Source: Chloroflexota bacterium
GTDB taxonomy: Bacteria; Chloroflexota; Limnocylindria; P2-11E
DNA: 64,000 nt
Reading direction: 5' to 3'
Assembly: GCA_005881885.1 (NCBI GenBank)
Contig: VBDX01000130.1
Span: 1,882 to 65,881 of the forward strand
In this document: piece after piece, positions 17,574 through 28,200 of the stretch
Layout: each line of letters begins with the position of its first letter
Position numbering within the stretch: position 1 is the stretch's first letter
Made by a program: the position numbers and the translations under genes
The notes under the pieces: generated by a model
Database searches by the model: none
Told to the model about the DNA's origin: nothing
The model's input: the letters and a program-made list of their open reading frames with translations, nothing else

Positions 17574-19274
17574 ATGCGTCGATTAGTGGCCAGCATCACC
17601 GCGGCGCTCCTCGTGGTAACGGCCTGCACCGCGACACCGACGACAACGCCACAGACGTCGGCCGGCGAGAAGCCGGTCGCCGGCGGAACTCTGGTCAGGG
17701 CGGTAACCGGTGATCCGAAGTCATTTAATCCGATCCTGGTGACCGATACGACGTCGTATCGCTACATCGAGGCGGTCTATCAAGACCTCCTTCGCCGTGA
17801 TGCCAAAACCAACGAGCTGACGGGTCGCCTCGCGGAGAAGTTCGAGCTCAGCAAGGACGGGCTCACGCTGACCTACACGCTGCGCGACGGGCTCAAGTGG
17901 AGCGACGGCACGCCGTTCACTGGGGAGGATTACAAGTACACCGCCGAAGCGACGATGCGCAGCAAGCGGACGACCCGCCAGAACGTGTTTCAGAACGTTC
18001 TGGGCGCCCAGGATTACAAGGAAGGCAAGACCGACGAGATCACGGGCATCCAGCTCAAAGACGGCGGCAAGACCATCGTCATCACCTTCAGCAAGACCTT
18101 GTGCACGGCGGTCGAAGACCTTTCAGGCGCTGGCGCCGGATACATGCTCCCGAGCAAGCAGTTCAAGCAGTACTTCGATCCGCGCACGACTGACACGAGC
18201 AAGACCATCGACGACAACCCGCTGAATATGGCGCCTCCGGCGTCGATGGGCCCCTGGGTCTTCAAGGACTTTAAGCCGGGTGACCGTGCGACCTATTCAA
18301 AGAACCCGAACTATTACCTCGGCGCGCCGCTCATCGACGAACTCATCATCAAGGTGTACTCGGACGCGGCTGCCATCAAGGCGGCGCTCCTCGTCGGTGA
18401 AGTGTCCTTCGCGGCAGTCGAGCCGAAGGACTGGGACGAGCTCGCGAAGGTCGACACCCTCAAGGGCTTCGAGTTCGCCGACTTTGGCTGGAACTACCTG
18501 GCCTGGAACGCCGACTCGACCAAGGCGCCCTGGCTCGCGAGCAAGCTCGTGCGCCAGGCCTTGACCTACGGACTCAACCGACAGGCCATCATCGACAAGA
18601 TCGTCTTCGGTCACGGGAAGCTGGTCTATGCGGCACAGCCGCCGGCCAACGCGGCGTACAAGGACGACGATCTCAACAAGTACCCGTTCGACCCGCAAAA
18701 GGCGAAACAACTCCTCGAGCAGGCCGGCGCGAAGATGGGTTCCGATGGCATCTACCGCTGGACCGACGGTACGCCAATGAAGATGCGCATCGAAACGAAT
18801 CAGCCGAATACGGTCCGCGAGACGATCCTCCAGCTCACGCAGGAGCAGTACAAGCAGATCGGCGTCTCGATCGACGCCCAGTTGATGTCGTTCAACACCT
18901 TGCTCGAGAGGATCCGCTGCTGCGGGAAAGACTTCGAAGGCTGGATCAGCGGATTTACCGGCTTGGGACCGGATCCCGATCAGGAGAGTCTCTGGCACTC
19001 GCGGCACATCGCCGCCAATGAGTTCAACCGCTGGCGGTACAGCAACCCACAAGTCGACCAGACGCTCGACCAGATTCACAGCGGCCCGGATTGCAACGAA
19101 GCGACGCGCAACAAGCTCGCGCACGACGTTGACAAGCAGCTGAACGAAGACGCTCCGGTGATCTGGCTGTACTCGGGGAACAACCTCATCTTCGGGCAGA
19201 AGAACATCCAGAACTTCGCGCCGACGTCGGTGAGCACGATCTACAACATCGAGCAGTGGTGGATCAAGAAATAG
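17574..19274 (+). CDS. ABC transporter substrate-binding lipoprotein, family 5 (peptide/nickel type)
   Basis: 566 aa. Lipobox VVTAC. Length and layout of DppA/OppA-like binding proteins. Confidence 0.85.
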   Translation: MRRLVASITAALLVVTACTATPTTTPQTSAGEKPVAGGTLVRAVTGDPKSFNPILVTDTTSYRYIEAVYQDLLRRDAKTNELTGRLAEKFELSKDGLTLTYTLRDGLKWSDGTPFTGEDYKYTAEATMRSKRTTRQNVFQNVLGAQDYKEGKTDEITGIQLKDGGKTIVITFSKTLCTAVEDLSGAGAGYMLPSKQFKQYFDPRTTDTSKTIDDNPLNMAPPASMGPWVFKDFKPGDRATYSKNPNYYLGAPLIDELIIKVYSDAAAIKAALLVGEVSFAAVEPKDWDELAKVDTLKGFEFADFGWNYLAWNADSTKAPWLASKLVRQALTYGLNRQAIIDKIVFGHGKLVYAAQPPANAAYKDDDLNKYPFDPQKAKQLLEQAGAKMGSDGIYRWTDGTPMKMRIETNQPNTVRETILQLTQEQYKQIGVSIDAQLMSFNTLLERIRCCGKDFEGWISGFTGLGPDPDQESLWHSRHIAANEFNRWRYSNPQVDQTLDQIHSGPDCNEATRNKLAHDVDKQLNEDAPVIWLYSGNNLIFGQKNIQNFAPTSVSTIYNIEQWWIKK

Positions 19275-19329
19275 GCGTCTAGCGTGACGCGGGCGGGTTG
19301 CCGCCCGCGTCCAGTGTCGCCGGAGGGTC

Positions 19330-20289
19330 ATGGGGCGGTTCGTCCTTCGCAGGCTTGTCCAGGCCGTGCCGACACTCTTCGGCATCCTCCTCCTGACGTT
19401 CCTGCTCACGCGGCTTTCACCATCGGATCCGGTCGCGTTGATGTTCGGCGACCGCTTCAACGTGACCGAGGAGCAGCGGCAGGAGCTTCGTCACAACCTC
19501 GGCCTCGACGAGCCGCTCCCGATCCAGTTCATCACCTATCTAGGCAAGGTGGTGGTCCTCGACTTCGGGAACTCGTTCATCTATCACCGGCCGGTCATGC
19601 AGGTGATCGCGGAGCGCCTGCCCAACAGCCTGCAGCTGTCGATCGCGGCGCTCTTGGTCGGCCTGGCCATCGGCGTGCCTCTTGGGATCCTCGCGGCGCT
19701 GACCCGCGGCCGCCTGCCGGATCACGTCATCAGGCTCACGTCCGTCGTCGGCCACGCGATCCCAACGTTTTGGTTTGGGCTCCTCTTCGTGCTCGTCCTC
19801 GGCGTGCAGCTGCGCTGGTTCCCGGTCGGGAGCATGAACGCGATCGGCAAAGAGAACGACATCCTCGACCGTCTCTGGCACATGGTCGGCCCCGTGCTCA
19901 CGCTCTCGCTCGGCGCGATCTCGAACTATCCGCGCTTCCTGCGCACGCAGATGCTCGAGGAGCTCTCACAGGACTATGTGCGTACCGCGCACAGCAAAGG
20001 GCTGCGAGGGCGGGCCGTGGTGACCGGACACGTGCTCAGAAACGCGATCATCCCGCTGGTGACCTCGCTCGGAGGGATCCTCACCCTACTCATCGGCGGA
20101 GCGGTGATCACCGAGCAGATCTTCAACTGGCCGGGGCTCGGTCGGCTCTTCTTCGAGGCGCTCGTGAACAAAGACTTCCCAATCGTGCAAGCGAACGTTG
20201 TGGTCGGGAGCGCGCTGCTCCTTCTGTCGTACATCCTCCGCGACGTCGTCTATGTGTTGGTCGATCCACGCATCAAGGTGAAGGCGTGA
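19330..20289 (+). CDS. ABC transporter permease (DppB-like)
   Basis: 319 aa with 6 TM helices and a BPD-transport EAA-like loop. Confidence 0.85.
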   Translation: MGRFVLRRLVQAVPTLFGILLLTFLLTRLSPSDPVALMFGDRFNVTEEQRQELRHNLGLDEPLPIQFITYLGKVVVLDFGNSFIYHRPVMQVIAERLPNSLQLSIAALLVGLAIGVPLGILAALTRGRLPDHVIRLTSVVGHAIPTFWFGLLFVLVLGVQLRWFPVGSMNAIGKENDILDRLWHMVGPVLTLSLGAISNYPRFLRTQMLEELSQDYVRTAHSKGLRGRAVVTGHVLRNAIIPLVTSLGGILTLLIGGAVITEQIFNWPGLGRLFFEALVNKDFPIVQANVVVGSALLLLSYILRDVVYVLVDPRIKVKA

Positions 20290-21209
20290 GCACCGCGACC
20301 GCGCAGATGCTTGTGCCTCCCGCCGACCTGCGGCGGGTGAGCGCCAGCTTCTGGTCCGACGCGCTGTGGCGCCTGCGCCACGACCCGACGACGATGGCCG
20401 CGTTCGCGGTGCTCTTCGCCCTTGCCGTTCTGGCCGTCGGGGCCGACTTCCTGGCGGACAACGTCTTCCACTGGAGCTTCTCCAGGCAGGACATCCTGAA
20501 CAGCTACGGCACGCCGAACACCGATCAGCCCGCGATGTGGCTGGGTAGCGATCAGCTGGGGCGCAGCCAGATCGTGCGGCTGCTCTACGGCGCCCGCGTC
20601 TCGCTGTTTATCGGGGTCTTCGGCGCGGTCGTTTCGCTCGTCATCGGGGTCGGCCTCGGGATCTCGGCGGGCTACTTCCGGGGGTGGTGGGACGACGTGA
20701 TCGTGTGGCTCGTGAGCACATTGAACGGCATACCGACGCTCTACCTGCTGCTCATCGTCGGGTTCCTCTTCCGCTTGGACTACATCAGCCTCGCGATATT
20801 CATCGGCGCGCTCGGCTGGACCTTCGTCACCAACCAGGCGCGGGGACAGACCTTCTCGCTGCGAGAACGCGATTTCGTCACCGCAGCGAGAGTCATCGGC
20901 GCCTCGCCGGGCCGGATCATCCTCCGGCACATCTTCCCGAACGTTCTACCGCTGATGATCGTGATCGCGATGATTGACGTTGCAGGCGTGATCCTGGCGG
21001 AGTCCGGGCTCTCGTACCTCGGCTTCGGCATCCAGCCGCCGGTTCCGTCCTGGGGCAACATGCTGAACGGCGCCTCGCAGTTCGTCACCCGCGGCCCGTG
21101 GCTGGTCTACCCGCCCGGCTTTTGTATCGCGCTCACCGTGCTCTGCCTCTATCTAATTGGCGACGGGCTTCGTGATGCCCTCGACCCGCGGCTCCGCGGC
21201 GCGAAGTAA
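20286..21209 (+). CDS. ABC transporter permease (DppC-like)
   Basis: This is the C-terminal 308 aa of the long 641-aa ORF. GTG at 20286 overlaps the DppB stop. N-terminal extension typical of DppC, 6 TM helices. Confidence 0.8.
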   Translation: MSTATAQMLVPPADLRRVSASFWSDALWRLRHDPTTMAAFAVLFALAVLAVGADFLADNVFHWSFSRQDILNSYGTPNTDQPAMWLGSDQLGRSQIVRLLYGARVSLFIGVFGAVVSLVIGVGLGISAGYFRGWWDDVIVWLVSTLNGIPTLYLLLIVGFLFRLDYISLAIFIGALGWTFVTNQARGQTFSLRERDFVTAARVIGASPGRIILRHIFPNVLPLMIVIAMIDVAGVILAESGLSYLGFGIQPPVPSWGNMLNGASQFVTRGPWLVYPPGFCIALTVLCLYLIGDGLRDALDPRLRGAK

Positions 21210-21268
21210 CCGCCAACGCCCGGCGGGCGGCCGGCAGTGGATGTTCAGAAATTGGCGGAAATCGGCCC

Positions 21269-21297
21269 TTGACACGTTGGCATTACTGAATTACATA
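21269..21297 (+). promoter_or_regulatory. sigma70-like promoter (TTGACA-17 nt-TACATA) in an AT-rich patch
   Basis: A local AT-rich stretch in a 70% GC background, 35 nt upstream of the 21332 ATG. A GGAGG SD sits 8 nt before the ATG. Confidence 0.4.
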
Positions 21298-21331
21298 TTT
21301 TCCTATCGCGAAAGCCACGGAGGGACCGGAG

Positions 21332-21838
21332 ATGGCAACGCTGGACGAGGTCAAGGGCTGGGTATCGGGGCGGCTCCCGAAAGAGTGGTACACGGGAACG
21401 CCCGAGGTCCGCATGGACGAGGACGAGATCTGGGTCATCGGGACCCTTCCTGACGTGAGCGCGGCCGGCGGCGCCGAGGCCGTGAAGGCCGCACGGGAAG
21501 GGGCGATCCAGCGGTTCCGCGAGACCACCCGCGAGGAGCGCATCAAGATCGCCGGCGAGGGACGAGAGCGTTTCCGCCGCAACGTCGCCTGGGGCGCGAA
21601 GATCGGGGATCAGACAGCGCTCTTCACGCACCTTTCCGTTCCGGTCATGACACGGCTCCGTCTGCCGGAGCGCGAACTGCTCGACACGCTCGTGCGCTCG
21701 GGCGTGGCTCGAAGCCGCTCGCACGCGCTGGCGTGGTGTGTCCGGCTCGTCGAGAAGAACGAGTCGTCGTGGATCGGTGAGCTCAAGGAGGCGCTCTCGA
21801 AGGTGGGCGACGTAAGGTCCCAGGGGCCGCTCAACTAA
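21332..21838 (+). CDS. conserved hypothetical protein (co-transcribed with htrA)
   Basis: 168 aa with protein-like composition. Its stop overlaps the htrA start (TAATG). Confidence 0.6.
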   Translation: MATLDEVKGWVSGRLPKEWYTGTPEVRMDEDEIWVIGTLPDVSAAGGAEAVKAAREGAIQRFRETTREERIKIAGEGRERFRRNVAWGAKIGDQTALFTHLSVPVMTRLRLPERELLDTLVRSGVARSRSHALAWCVRLVEKNESSWIGELKEALSKVGDVRSQGPLN

Positions 21839-22791
21839 TGGCGACAGATGTCCGCGAGGCGCCCCGCGCCGACGCCGATCCGGCGAGCGCGCTCCTCGAT
21901 GCGTATTCGCAGGCAGTCATTCGCGTCGTGGAGCGCGTCGCGCCGAGCGTCGTCAACGTGCGCCGGGGTCGAAGCGGTGGAAGCGGCGTGATCGTCACGC
22001 CGGACGGCTACGCGCTCACGAACGCGCACGTCGTCGATGCCGCGCAAGCTGTGGAGGTCACGCTAGGGACCGGGAAAGAGGCTCGCGCACAGGTCGTTGG
22101 AAGCGACGCGGCGACCGACCTCGCGGTGATCCGCATCGGCGAGTCGGGCCTCCAGGCCGCCGAGCTCGCGGACACGGAGAGTCTGCGGGTCGGCCAGCTC
22201 GTGATCGCGATCGGCGATCCGCTCGGCTTTCACTCGACGGTGACGACCGGCGTGGTGAGCGCGCTGGGACGGTCACTACACGCGCGCGACGGTCGCGTCA
22301 TCGAGAACGTCATTCAGACGGATGCCGCACTCAACCCCGGGAACTCCGGCGGTCCGCTCGTCGACACCCATGCGAAGGTGATCGGGATCAACACCGCCAT
22401 CATCCCCATGGCGCAGGGCATTTGCTTCGCGATCCCGGCCGCGACCGCGCGACTGGTGGCCGGGATGCTCATCCGCGATGGGCGCGTGCGGCGTGCCTAC
22501 CTGGGCATCGGCGGCGCCGCCACACCGATCGGGCGGCAGCTCGCGACCGAGCTGCGCATCCCGAATGTGTCCGGGATACGTGTTCTGGAGGTCATGGCAG
22601 CCGGGCCCGCGGAGCGCGCGGGGATCCGTGCTGGCGACCTCCTCGTCACACTCGACGACGTGCCTCTGTCGACGCTCTCCGACCTGCAGCGGGTGCTCGC
22701 CGCGGACCGCATCGGGCGCGGCGTGGAGGTCGCATACGTTCGGTTCGGCGAGCTTCATCGCGCCACCGTGACGCTGGCGGAGGCCCGCTAG
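21838..22791 (+). CDS. htrA: HtrA/DegP-family trypsin-like serine protease with PDZ domain
   Basis: Catalytic H (TNAHVV), D (DLAVIRI) and S (GNSGGPL), plus a C-terminal PDZ-like segment. Confidence 0.85.
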   Translation: MATDVREAPRADADPASALLDAYSQAVIRVVERVAPSVVNVRRGRSGGSGVIVTPDGYALTNAHVVDAAQAVEVTLGTGKEARAQVVGSDAATDLAVIRIGESGLQAAELADTESLRVGQLVIAIGDPLGFHSTVTTGVVSALGRSLHARDGRVIENVIQTDAALNPGNSGGPLVDTHAKVIGINTAIIPMAQGICFAIPAATARLVAGMLIRDGRVRRAYLGIGGAATPIGRQLATELRIPNVSGIRVLEVMAAGPAERAGIRAGDLLVTLDDVPLSTLSDLQRVLAADRIGRGVEVAYVRFGELHRATVTLAEAR

Positions 22792-22794
22792 AGT

Positions 22795-22811
22795 CGGGGG
22801 CTCTGCCCCCG
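22795..22811. repeat. REP-like GC hairpin CGGGGGCTCTGCCCCCG (copy 1)
   Basis: 6-bp G/C stem and 3-nt loop, located 4 nt after the htrA stop. The same motif recurs at 35286, 48786 and 49513. Confidence 0.6.
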
Positions 22812-22841
22812 CCCCCGTGCCTCGGACCCCAGACTGAAGGC

Positions 22842-23699
22842 GTGGACCTGGTCATCCGGCGCGCGCGCCCCGCGGATAAGCGTCAGGTGCTCGAGGCCGT
22901 CCGCACCATCTGGGGCGGGCATGATCGCGTCCCGGATGTCTTCGATCGCTGGGTGACCCATCGCAGCGGGCCGTTCTTCGTCGCCGAGTCCCGAGGCCGG
23001 GTCGTCGGCATGGGCAAGCTCACCGTCGCGTCGCCGACCGAAGCCTGGCTCGAAGGCGGTCGCGTGGCGCCGCGTTGGCGCCGCCGCGGGATCGCTACGG
23101 CGCTTTTCGCGCACCGCCTCGCATACGCGCGCGAGCGTGGCTTCCGCGTGATCCGTTTCTCCACGGGTTCGGACAACACGCCGGTACATCGCGCGGGCCG
23201 CCGCTTTGGGTTCCGGCGTATCGCGGCGCTGCGGCGCTACGAGGCGATGGCGCTCAAGGGAGGTCCGCCGAGCCGCGCGCGGAGCGCCGACGCGCCTGCG
23301 GTCCGTCGCGCCGTTGGATCGCTGATCCAGCTCCACGCCGGCTGGGAGTGGCGGACGCTCACCATGTCGGACGTGCGTCGAGCGATCGCTGATCGGCGCG
23401 CGTTCGTGGCCGGCCACGGGGTCCAAGCTGCCGCGATCATCGGAGGCTCGAACGACGGATCGCTCCCGGTCACCGCGATCGGCGGCACGGGCCGCGCGTT
23501 GCGCGATCTGCTCGAGGGGCTACGCGCCGAAGCCGCTCGGCGGGGCCTCGACGATGTCTCCTTCTATACAAGCGCACCCGCCCAGCGCCGCGTGGCGCGA
23601 TCCGCAGGCTACCGTCCGCCGTGGGCTGGCGCCGCATACCTATATGAACGGACGCTCAGGCTGCGAGCTGGATCAAAGCCTTCGCCTGCTCGACGGTGA
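22842..23699 (+). CDS. GNAT-family N-acetyltransferase
   Basis: Acetyl-CoA motif A RRRGIATALF. GTG start placed after the htrA hairpin. The ORF's N-terminal 140 aa overlap htrA out of frame. Confidence 0.65.
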   Translation: MDLVIRRARPADKRQVLEAVRTIWGGHDRVPDVFDRWVTHRSGPFFVAESRGRVVGMGKLTVASPTEAWLEGGRVAPRWRRRGIATALFAHRLAYARERGFRVIRFSTGSDNTPVHRAGRRFGFRRIAALRRYEAMALKGGPPSRARSADAPAVRRAVGSLIQLHAGWEWRTLTMSDVRRAIADRRAFVAGHGVQAAAIIGGSNDGSLPVTAIGGTGRALRDLLEGLRAEAARRGLDDVSFYTSAPAQRRVARSAGYRPPWAGAAYLYERTLRLRAGSKPSPARR

Positions 23700-23824
23700 C
23701 GTCTTGCCCGTGGACGTTCTTGGCGTGCAGCTGCGCCATCTGAACGATCTCGTCCTCGTTTGTGCTGCGGACCTCGAATCCGCATGGGCACCGCAGGCTC
23801 TTGAGCTGCTTCACGGACCGATTG

Positions 23825-24124
23825 TCACCATGTGTTCCAGTCCGAGTCCACCCACACCCGCACCTCGGGCTCGCCTTCGAAGAGTTTTGCGAAGAACTCC
23901 TTGATCTGCGGCGATGCCGCGAACTTCTGCAGACCCTCGAGAGTCGACCAGGTGTCGATGCCGAGGAACGCCTTGGGGTCCTGCGGATCGAGATAGACGA
24001 CGTGCGTGAGGTCGCCGGCTTGCTTGGCGGCGTCCTTCGTGGCGCGCGTGAGGTCGTCGTGGTACTTCTTGGCCGCGCCCTGCCCTTCGCGGAGCCGGCC
24101 GCGGATAGTGACCGTGAACTTCAT
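23825..24124 (-). CDS. ABM-domain (antibiotic biosynthesis monooxygenase-like) protein
   Basis: A 99-aa ORF at the C-terminus of the spurious 344-aa ORF: MKFTVTIRGRL...HVVYLDPQDPKAFLGIDTWSTLEGLQKFAASPQIKEF fits the ABM ferredoxin-like fold pattern. Confidence 0.6.
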   Translation of the reverse strand: MKFTVTIRGRLREGQGAAKKYHDDLTRATKDAAKQAGDLTHVVYLDPQDPKAFLGIDTWSTLEGLQKFAASPQIKEFFAKLFEGEPEVRVWVDSDWNTW

Positions 24125-24196
24125 CGCGTCCTCCCACAGGCTGGTTTCAGTCCGGATCGTCGCCCGCCGACGTTGTGCTTTCCTTGTCGCGTGCGG

Positions 24197-24985
24197 GTGA
24201 CCATCTGCGGCCGCTTGCGGATCGAGTCGGATGCGGCGGTGATCGACGAATCCTCGCTGCCGGGACGGCTCGGGCGAAAGCTCTGGGCGTATCTCGTACT
24301 GAATCGGCGACGGCCCGTAGGTCGCGGCGAGATCGCCACCGCGCTCTGGGGCGACGAGGAGCCGGACGCCGCTGACGCGAGCCTCAACGCGGTCGTCAGC
24401 CGGCTGCGCACCGCGCTCGGTCGCCTTGACCCAGGCGTCGAGCTGCACGCCGCCACCGGGAGCTACACGCTCGCGCTCCCGGCCGACGTCTTCGTCGATC
24501 GCGAACGGGCCTGGGATGCGATCCATCACGTCCAGGCGATCCGGCGGCGAGGCGACGCCGCCGGAGCGTGGGCCGAGGCGGTCATCGCGCACGAGATCGC
24601 GGCGCGGGGGTTTCTCCCCGGCGAGGAGGGCGAGTGGATCGAGGCCGAGCGGCGAACGCTCGTCGACATCGAGCTGCAGGCGCTCGAGGCCGTGGTGGAG
24701 GCCGAGATCGATCAGAAGCGGCCACCCGAGGCCGAGCGTGCGGCGCGGATGCTGATCGCGCGCGACGCACTGCGTGAATCCGGGTACCGCCTGCTCATGC
24801 GCGCGCTCGCTGCCGGCGGGAACGGGGCGCAAGCAGCGCGCGTGATGGACGAGTGCCACGCCGCGTTCGCCGACGCGGGCGTCGCCGTCTCGCCCGAGAC
24901 CGAACGTGTCTACCGCGAGGTCAGCGGAGCCGGTTCACCTCGAGCGCCGAGTCGGTCGACGCGGCGTACGGCACCGCGTAAGTGA
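24197..24985 (+). CDS. SARP-family transcriptional regulator (OmpR-type winged helix + BTAD)
   Basis: LRIESDAAVIDESSLPGRLGRKLWAYLVL...ALWGDEEPDAADASLNAVVSRLRTAL matches the AfsR/DnrI/RedD N-terminal pattern, followed by a TPR-like BTAD helix region. The upstream 145 aa of the ORF are antisense to the ABM gene. Confidence 0.7.
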   Translation: MTICGRLRIESDAAVIDESSLPGRLGRKLWAYLVLNRRRPVGRGEIATALWGDEEPDAADASLNAVVSRLRTALGRLDPGVELHAATGSYTLALPADVFVDRERAWDAIHHVQAIRRRGDAAGAWAEAVIAHEIAARGFLPGEEGEWIEAERRTLVDIELQALEAVVEAEIDQKRPPEAERAARMLIARDALRESGYRLLMRALAAGGNGAQAARVMDECHAAFADAGVAVSPETERVYREVSGAGSPRAPSRSTRRTAPRK

Positions 24986-25280
24986 GCGCGATATTCGCGG
25001 CCACGAGCGCCGTGAGCTGTCCCGAAAGAACGGTGCTCCGTGGGGTCCGCATTGTCCCGTGCATCGACCTTTTGCGTCGGCCATCCGCATACACTCCACC
25101 AGCGCCGCCCGACAGCATGCGCTTCCACGCGAACAGGCTGAACGAGGTCGGCCTGCTGAAGATGACGGCGAACGAGTCGGTGACGAAGGCTCTTGATCTG
25201 GGCTTCTCGCGACAGTTGCAGAGCGAGATCATGCGCTAGCGTGCGGGCGGCACCTGAAAACGAGCGCGGCCGTACTCGAA

Positions 25281-28200
25281 GTGACGAGTCCACACGGTCC
25301 GTGTCAGGAGTCCAGGTGGCGCCGACTGTCGAAGGGGGATGCTAGGACCGTGGTCACCGGCCTGGCTAAACGCGCCGAGCGCCGCGTGATCACGTGCCTG
25401 TTCATCGATATCGTTGGGTCGACCGCCCTCACGATGCAGGTTCCCCCAGAGCGGATGAAGCGCACGCTCGACGAGGCGTTCGCGGAGCTGACGGGTCTGA
25501 TCGGGCGCGAGGCTGGCACTGTCGAGAAGTACATCGGTGACGCGATCTTCGCGCTCTTCGGGGCGCCGACCGCGCACGCCGACGACCCGCTCCGTGCGCT
25601 CCGTGCGGCCGAAGCGTGTGCGGCGTGGGCGGCATCGCGCGGCCGGCAGGTCGCTATCCGCGTCGGCATCGAGACCGGCGAAGCCCTGGTCGACCTTGGC
25701 GCAACCGAGGCCGATCGGCAGCGGATGGCCGTCGGGGCGTGTGTGAACATCGCCGCGCGCCTTCAGACGCACGCGGAGCCCGGCCAGATCCTCATCGGGC
25801 CGAACTGCCATGAAGCCACGGCGGAGAACGCGGACCTCGAGTCGACCGGCCCGCTCGAGCTGAAGGGCCTCGGCAGCGTCGATGCCTGGCGTCTCCTGGC
25901 CGTGCACGAGACCCCTTCCGCCATGGGATTGCCGCTGGTCGGCCGTGAACGCGAGCTCGAGACTCTGCGTGCCGCGCTCGAGCGCACGCGCTTGGGCAAG
26001 GGCACGTTCGTGGTCGTGTCCGGTCCGCCGGGACAGGGCAAGACGCGCCTCACCGCCGAGTTCATCGCCGCCCTCGGGCCGTCTTGCCGCGTGCTTCGAG
26101 CGCGCTGCCGTCCCGGTGCGGAGACAGGAGCGCACACGCCACTTCGGCAGATCTTGGCGAGTGATCTCCACGAGGTCACTCTGAACCTCATCGCGGCACG
26201 GCTGAGCGAGCTCTTCACCGACCTCGGGGCGCGGGAGCGCATCGGGGCCGTGCTCACGCACAGCGCCGGCCTCGGCGGGGCGGACGTCCTGCCCACGAAC
26301 CCGATCGAACGAGAGGACGAGATCGCCAACGGCTGGCGGCGGTATCTGGAGGCGCTCGCCGGCGACGGGGTCGTCGTCATCTGGGTCGAGGACCTCCATT
26401 GGGCCGAGCCACAGCTCGTCCGGCTGCTCGATCGGCTGACCTTCGCGAGCGAGACGCGGCTCCTTCTCCTTGGGACCGCGCGGCCCGAGTTCACCGATAG
26501 CGCCGCGTTGCGGCCAGGCCCGGACCGGATCCTGCTCGAGCTCCAGCAACTTGACGACGTGGACGCGCGAGCGCTCGCGCGAAGTGCCGGAGCAACGGAT
26601 GGGCGCGGGATCGAGCGTGCTCAGGGCAATCCACTCTTCATCGTCGAGCTCGCGCGCTCGCGGGCCGTCGCGGCAGGTGACCTGCCGATCAATCTCCGCG
26701 GCGCGATCGCCGCGCGGCTCGATGAGCTGCCACCGGCGGAACGTGAACTGATCCAGCGCTCGGCGGTCGCCGGGGAAACGTTCGGCGTTCGCGACGCGGC
26801 GTTGTTGAGCGATCGCGACTCGGCGGACGTCACGGGCGCGCTGGCGCGCGTCGCGCACGCTCGCTATATCGACCGCGTCCCCGACGGGTATCGCTTCCAC
26901 CACCCACTCATCCACGAGGTCGCCTATGGCCGCCTGCCGGTCCCCGAGCGGATGCGGTTGCACGCGCGTTATGCGCGCGAAGCAGTGCATCCCGAGGATG
27001 CCGAGGCACTCGCCCACCATTGGTGGGAGGCGCTCCGGCCACCGGACGCGGAATGGGTCTGGGAGGGTGAGGCCGACCTCCCGAAAATGCGCCGTGAGGC
27101 GTACGAGGCATACCTCGCGGCCGGGCAGCGGCACGCCGACCGCTTCGCGCATGAGCGCGCGGTCGAGGTGTACACGCGCGCCCTGGCGCTCACCGGCGAC
27201 GACCTCGATGTCGCCTCCATCGAGCGCGCAATCGGCGTGGCGTTCGCGCGAAATGGGCAGGGTGACGACGCGTGGCAGCACCGTCTCTTCGCCATCGCGG
27301 CCTACCGCCGCGCGGGTGTCGATGCCCCGGCGAGCCTGTACGCGGAGACCGCGGCGATCCCGGTGTACAACTATGCGTTCTCGCGCACGCTCCCGCCGGA
27401 TGACGTGGTCCTCGACCTCCTCGGCGATGGCGAGCGTATCGCGCGCACGTCGAACGACACGCCGGCGCTGACCCGGCTGCTCGTCCAGCAGGCCTGGTAC
27501 GTCGGCGCAACGGAGAAGGCCGATGAGGCGCTCGCGATCATCGACGCGGCTTCCGATCGGCTGCAGTACGTCGACAGCCTGTTCCGACTTGCGGGGCTCT
27601 GGGGCTTGCGTGCCCAGATCGCAGACGCGGAGAAGACCTTCGAGCGCGTCGACGCGCTCGTCGGGCGCGGCGCGAAGATCGACGAGATGGAGTACTTCAT
27701 GTACCGCGCGCGCACCGCCTATCTCGCCGGAGACCTTGAGCGGGCCAGGACCATCGCGGCTCAAGCGATCACATTCAGTGCTGGCATGGGTCCGCATCTG
27801 CGGACGCATGCCCGTGGCACGCTCGCGACCGTCGCCGCCGGGCGCGGCGACTGGGCGACCGTGCTCGACCTTGCGGCGGAGGTGGAGGCGCTCGTCCGCG
27901 AAAACCCCGGCACGCCGTGGTGTGTTGTTGGCGCGACCGCTCCCAGCGCCGGCGCGATCGCCTCAGCGCTCGCAGGAGACGCGGATCGCGCCCGAGGGTT
28001 CGTGGAGACCGTCGAGCGCATGCTCGCCAAGCCGGGACCGCAGCGCGCGAACACGCTCATTGCACCGTACGTGATGCTCGAGCGGGCCGGCGCCGAGGAC
28101 ATGGTGCCGACGCCTCCAGCCGTCGTGCGGCCGTGGCACCTTCAGCTCGTCGACCCGATCGGACAGAACTTCGCGATCGCGCACGCGATGCTCGAGCGCT

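Noticed and set aside
19284-20285. N-terminal 334 codons of the 641-aa ORF
   Set aside because: Out-of-frame overlap of the DppB-like permease. The real DppC-like gene starts at the GTG at 20286.
23762-24196. N-terminal 145 codons of the 407-aa ORF
   Set aside because: Antisense to the ABM-fold gene. SARP homology only begins at ~24197.
24982-25239. 85-aa ORF in the SARP/cyclase gap
   Set aside because: Its first half overlaps the SARP stop region in another frame. Only a weak 40-codon tail (MRFHANRLNEVGLLKMTANESVTKALDLGF...) remains, too short and without an SD.
25236-27809. 857-aa minus-strand ORF
   Set aside because: Arg-rich, low-complexity antisense shadow of the cyclase-STAND gene, which has clear catalytic motifs.
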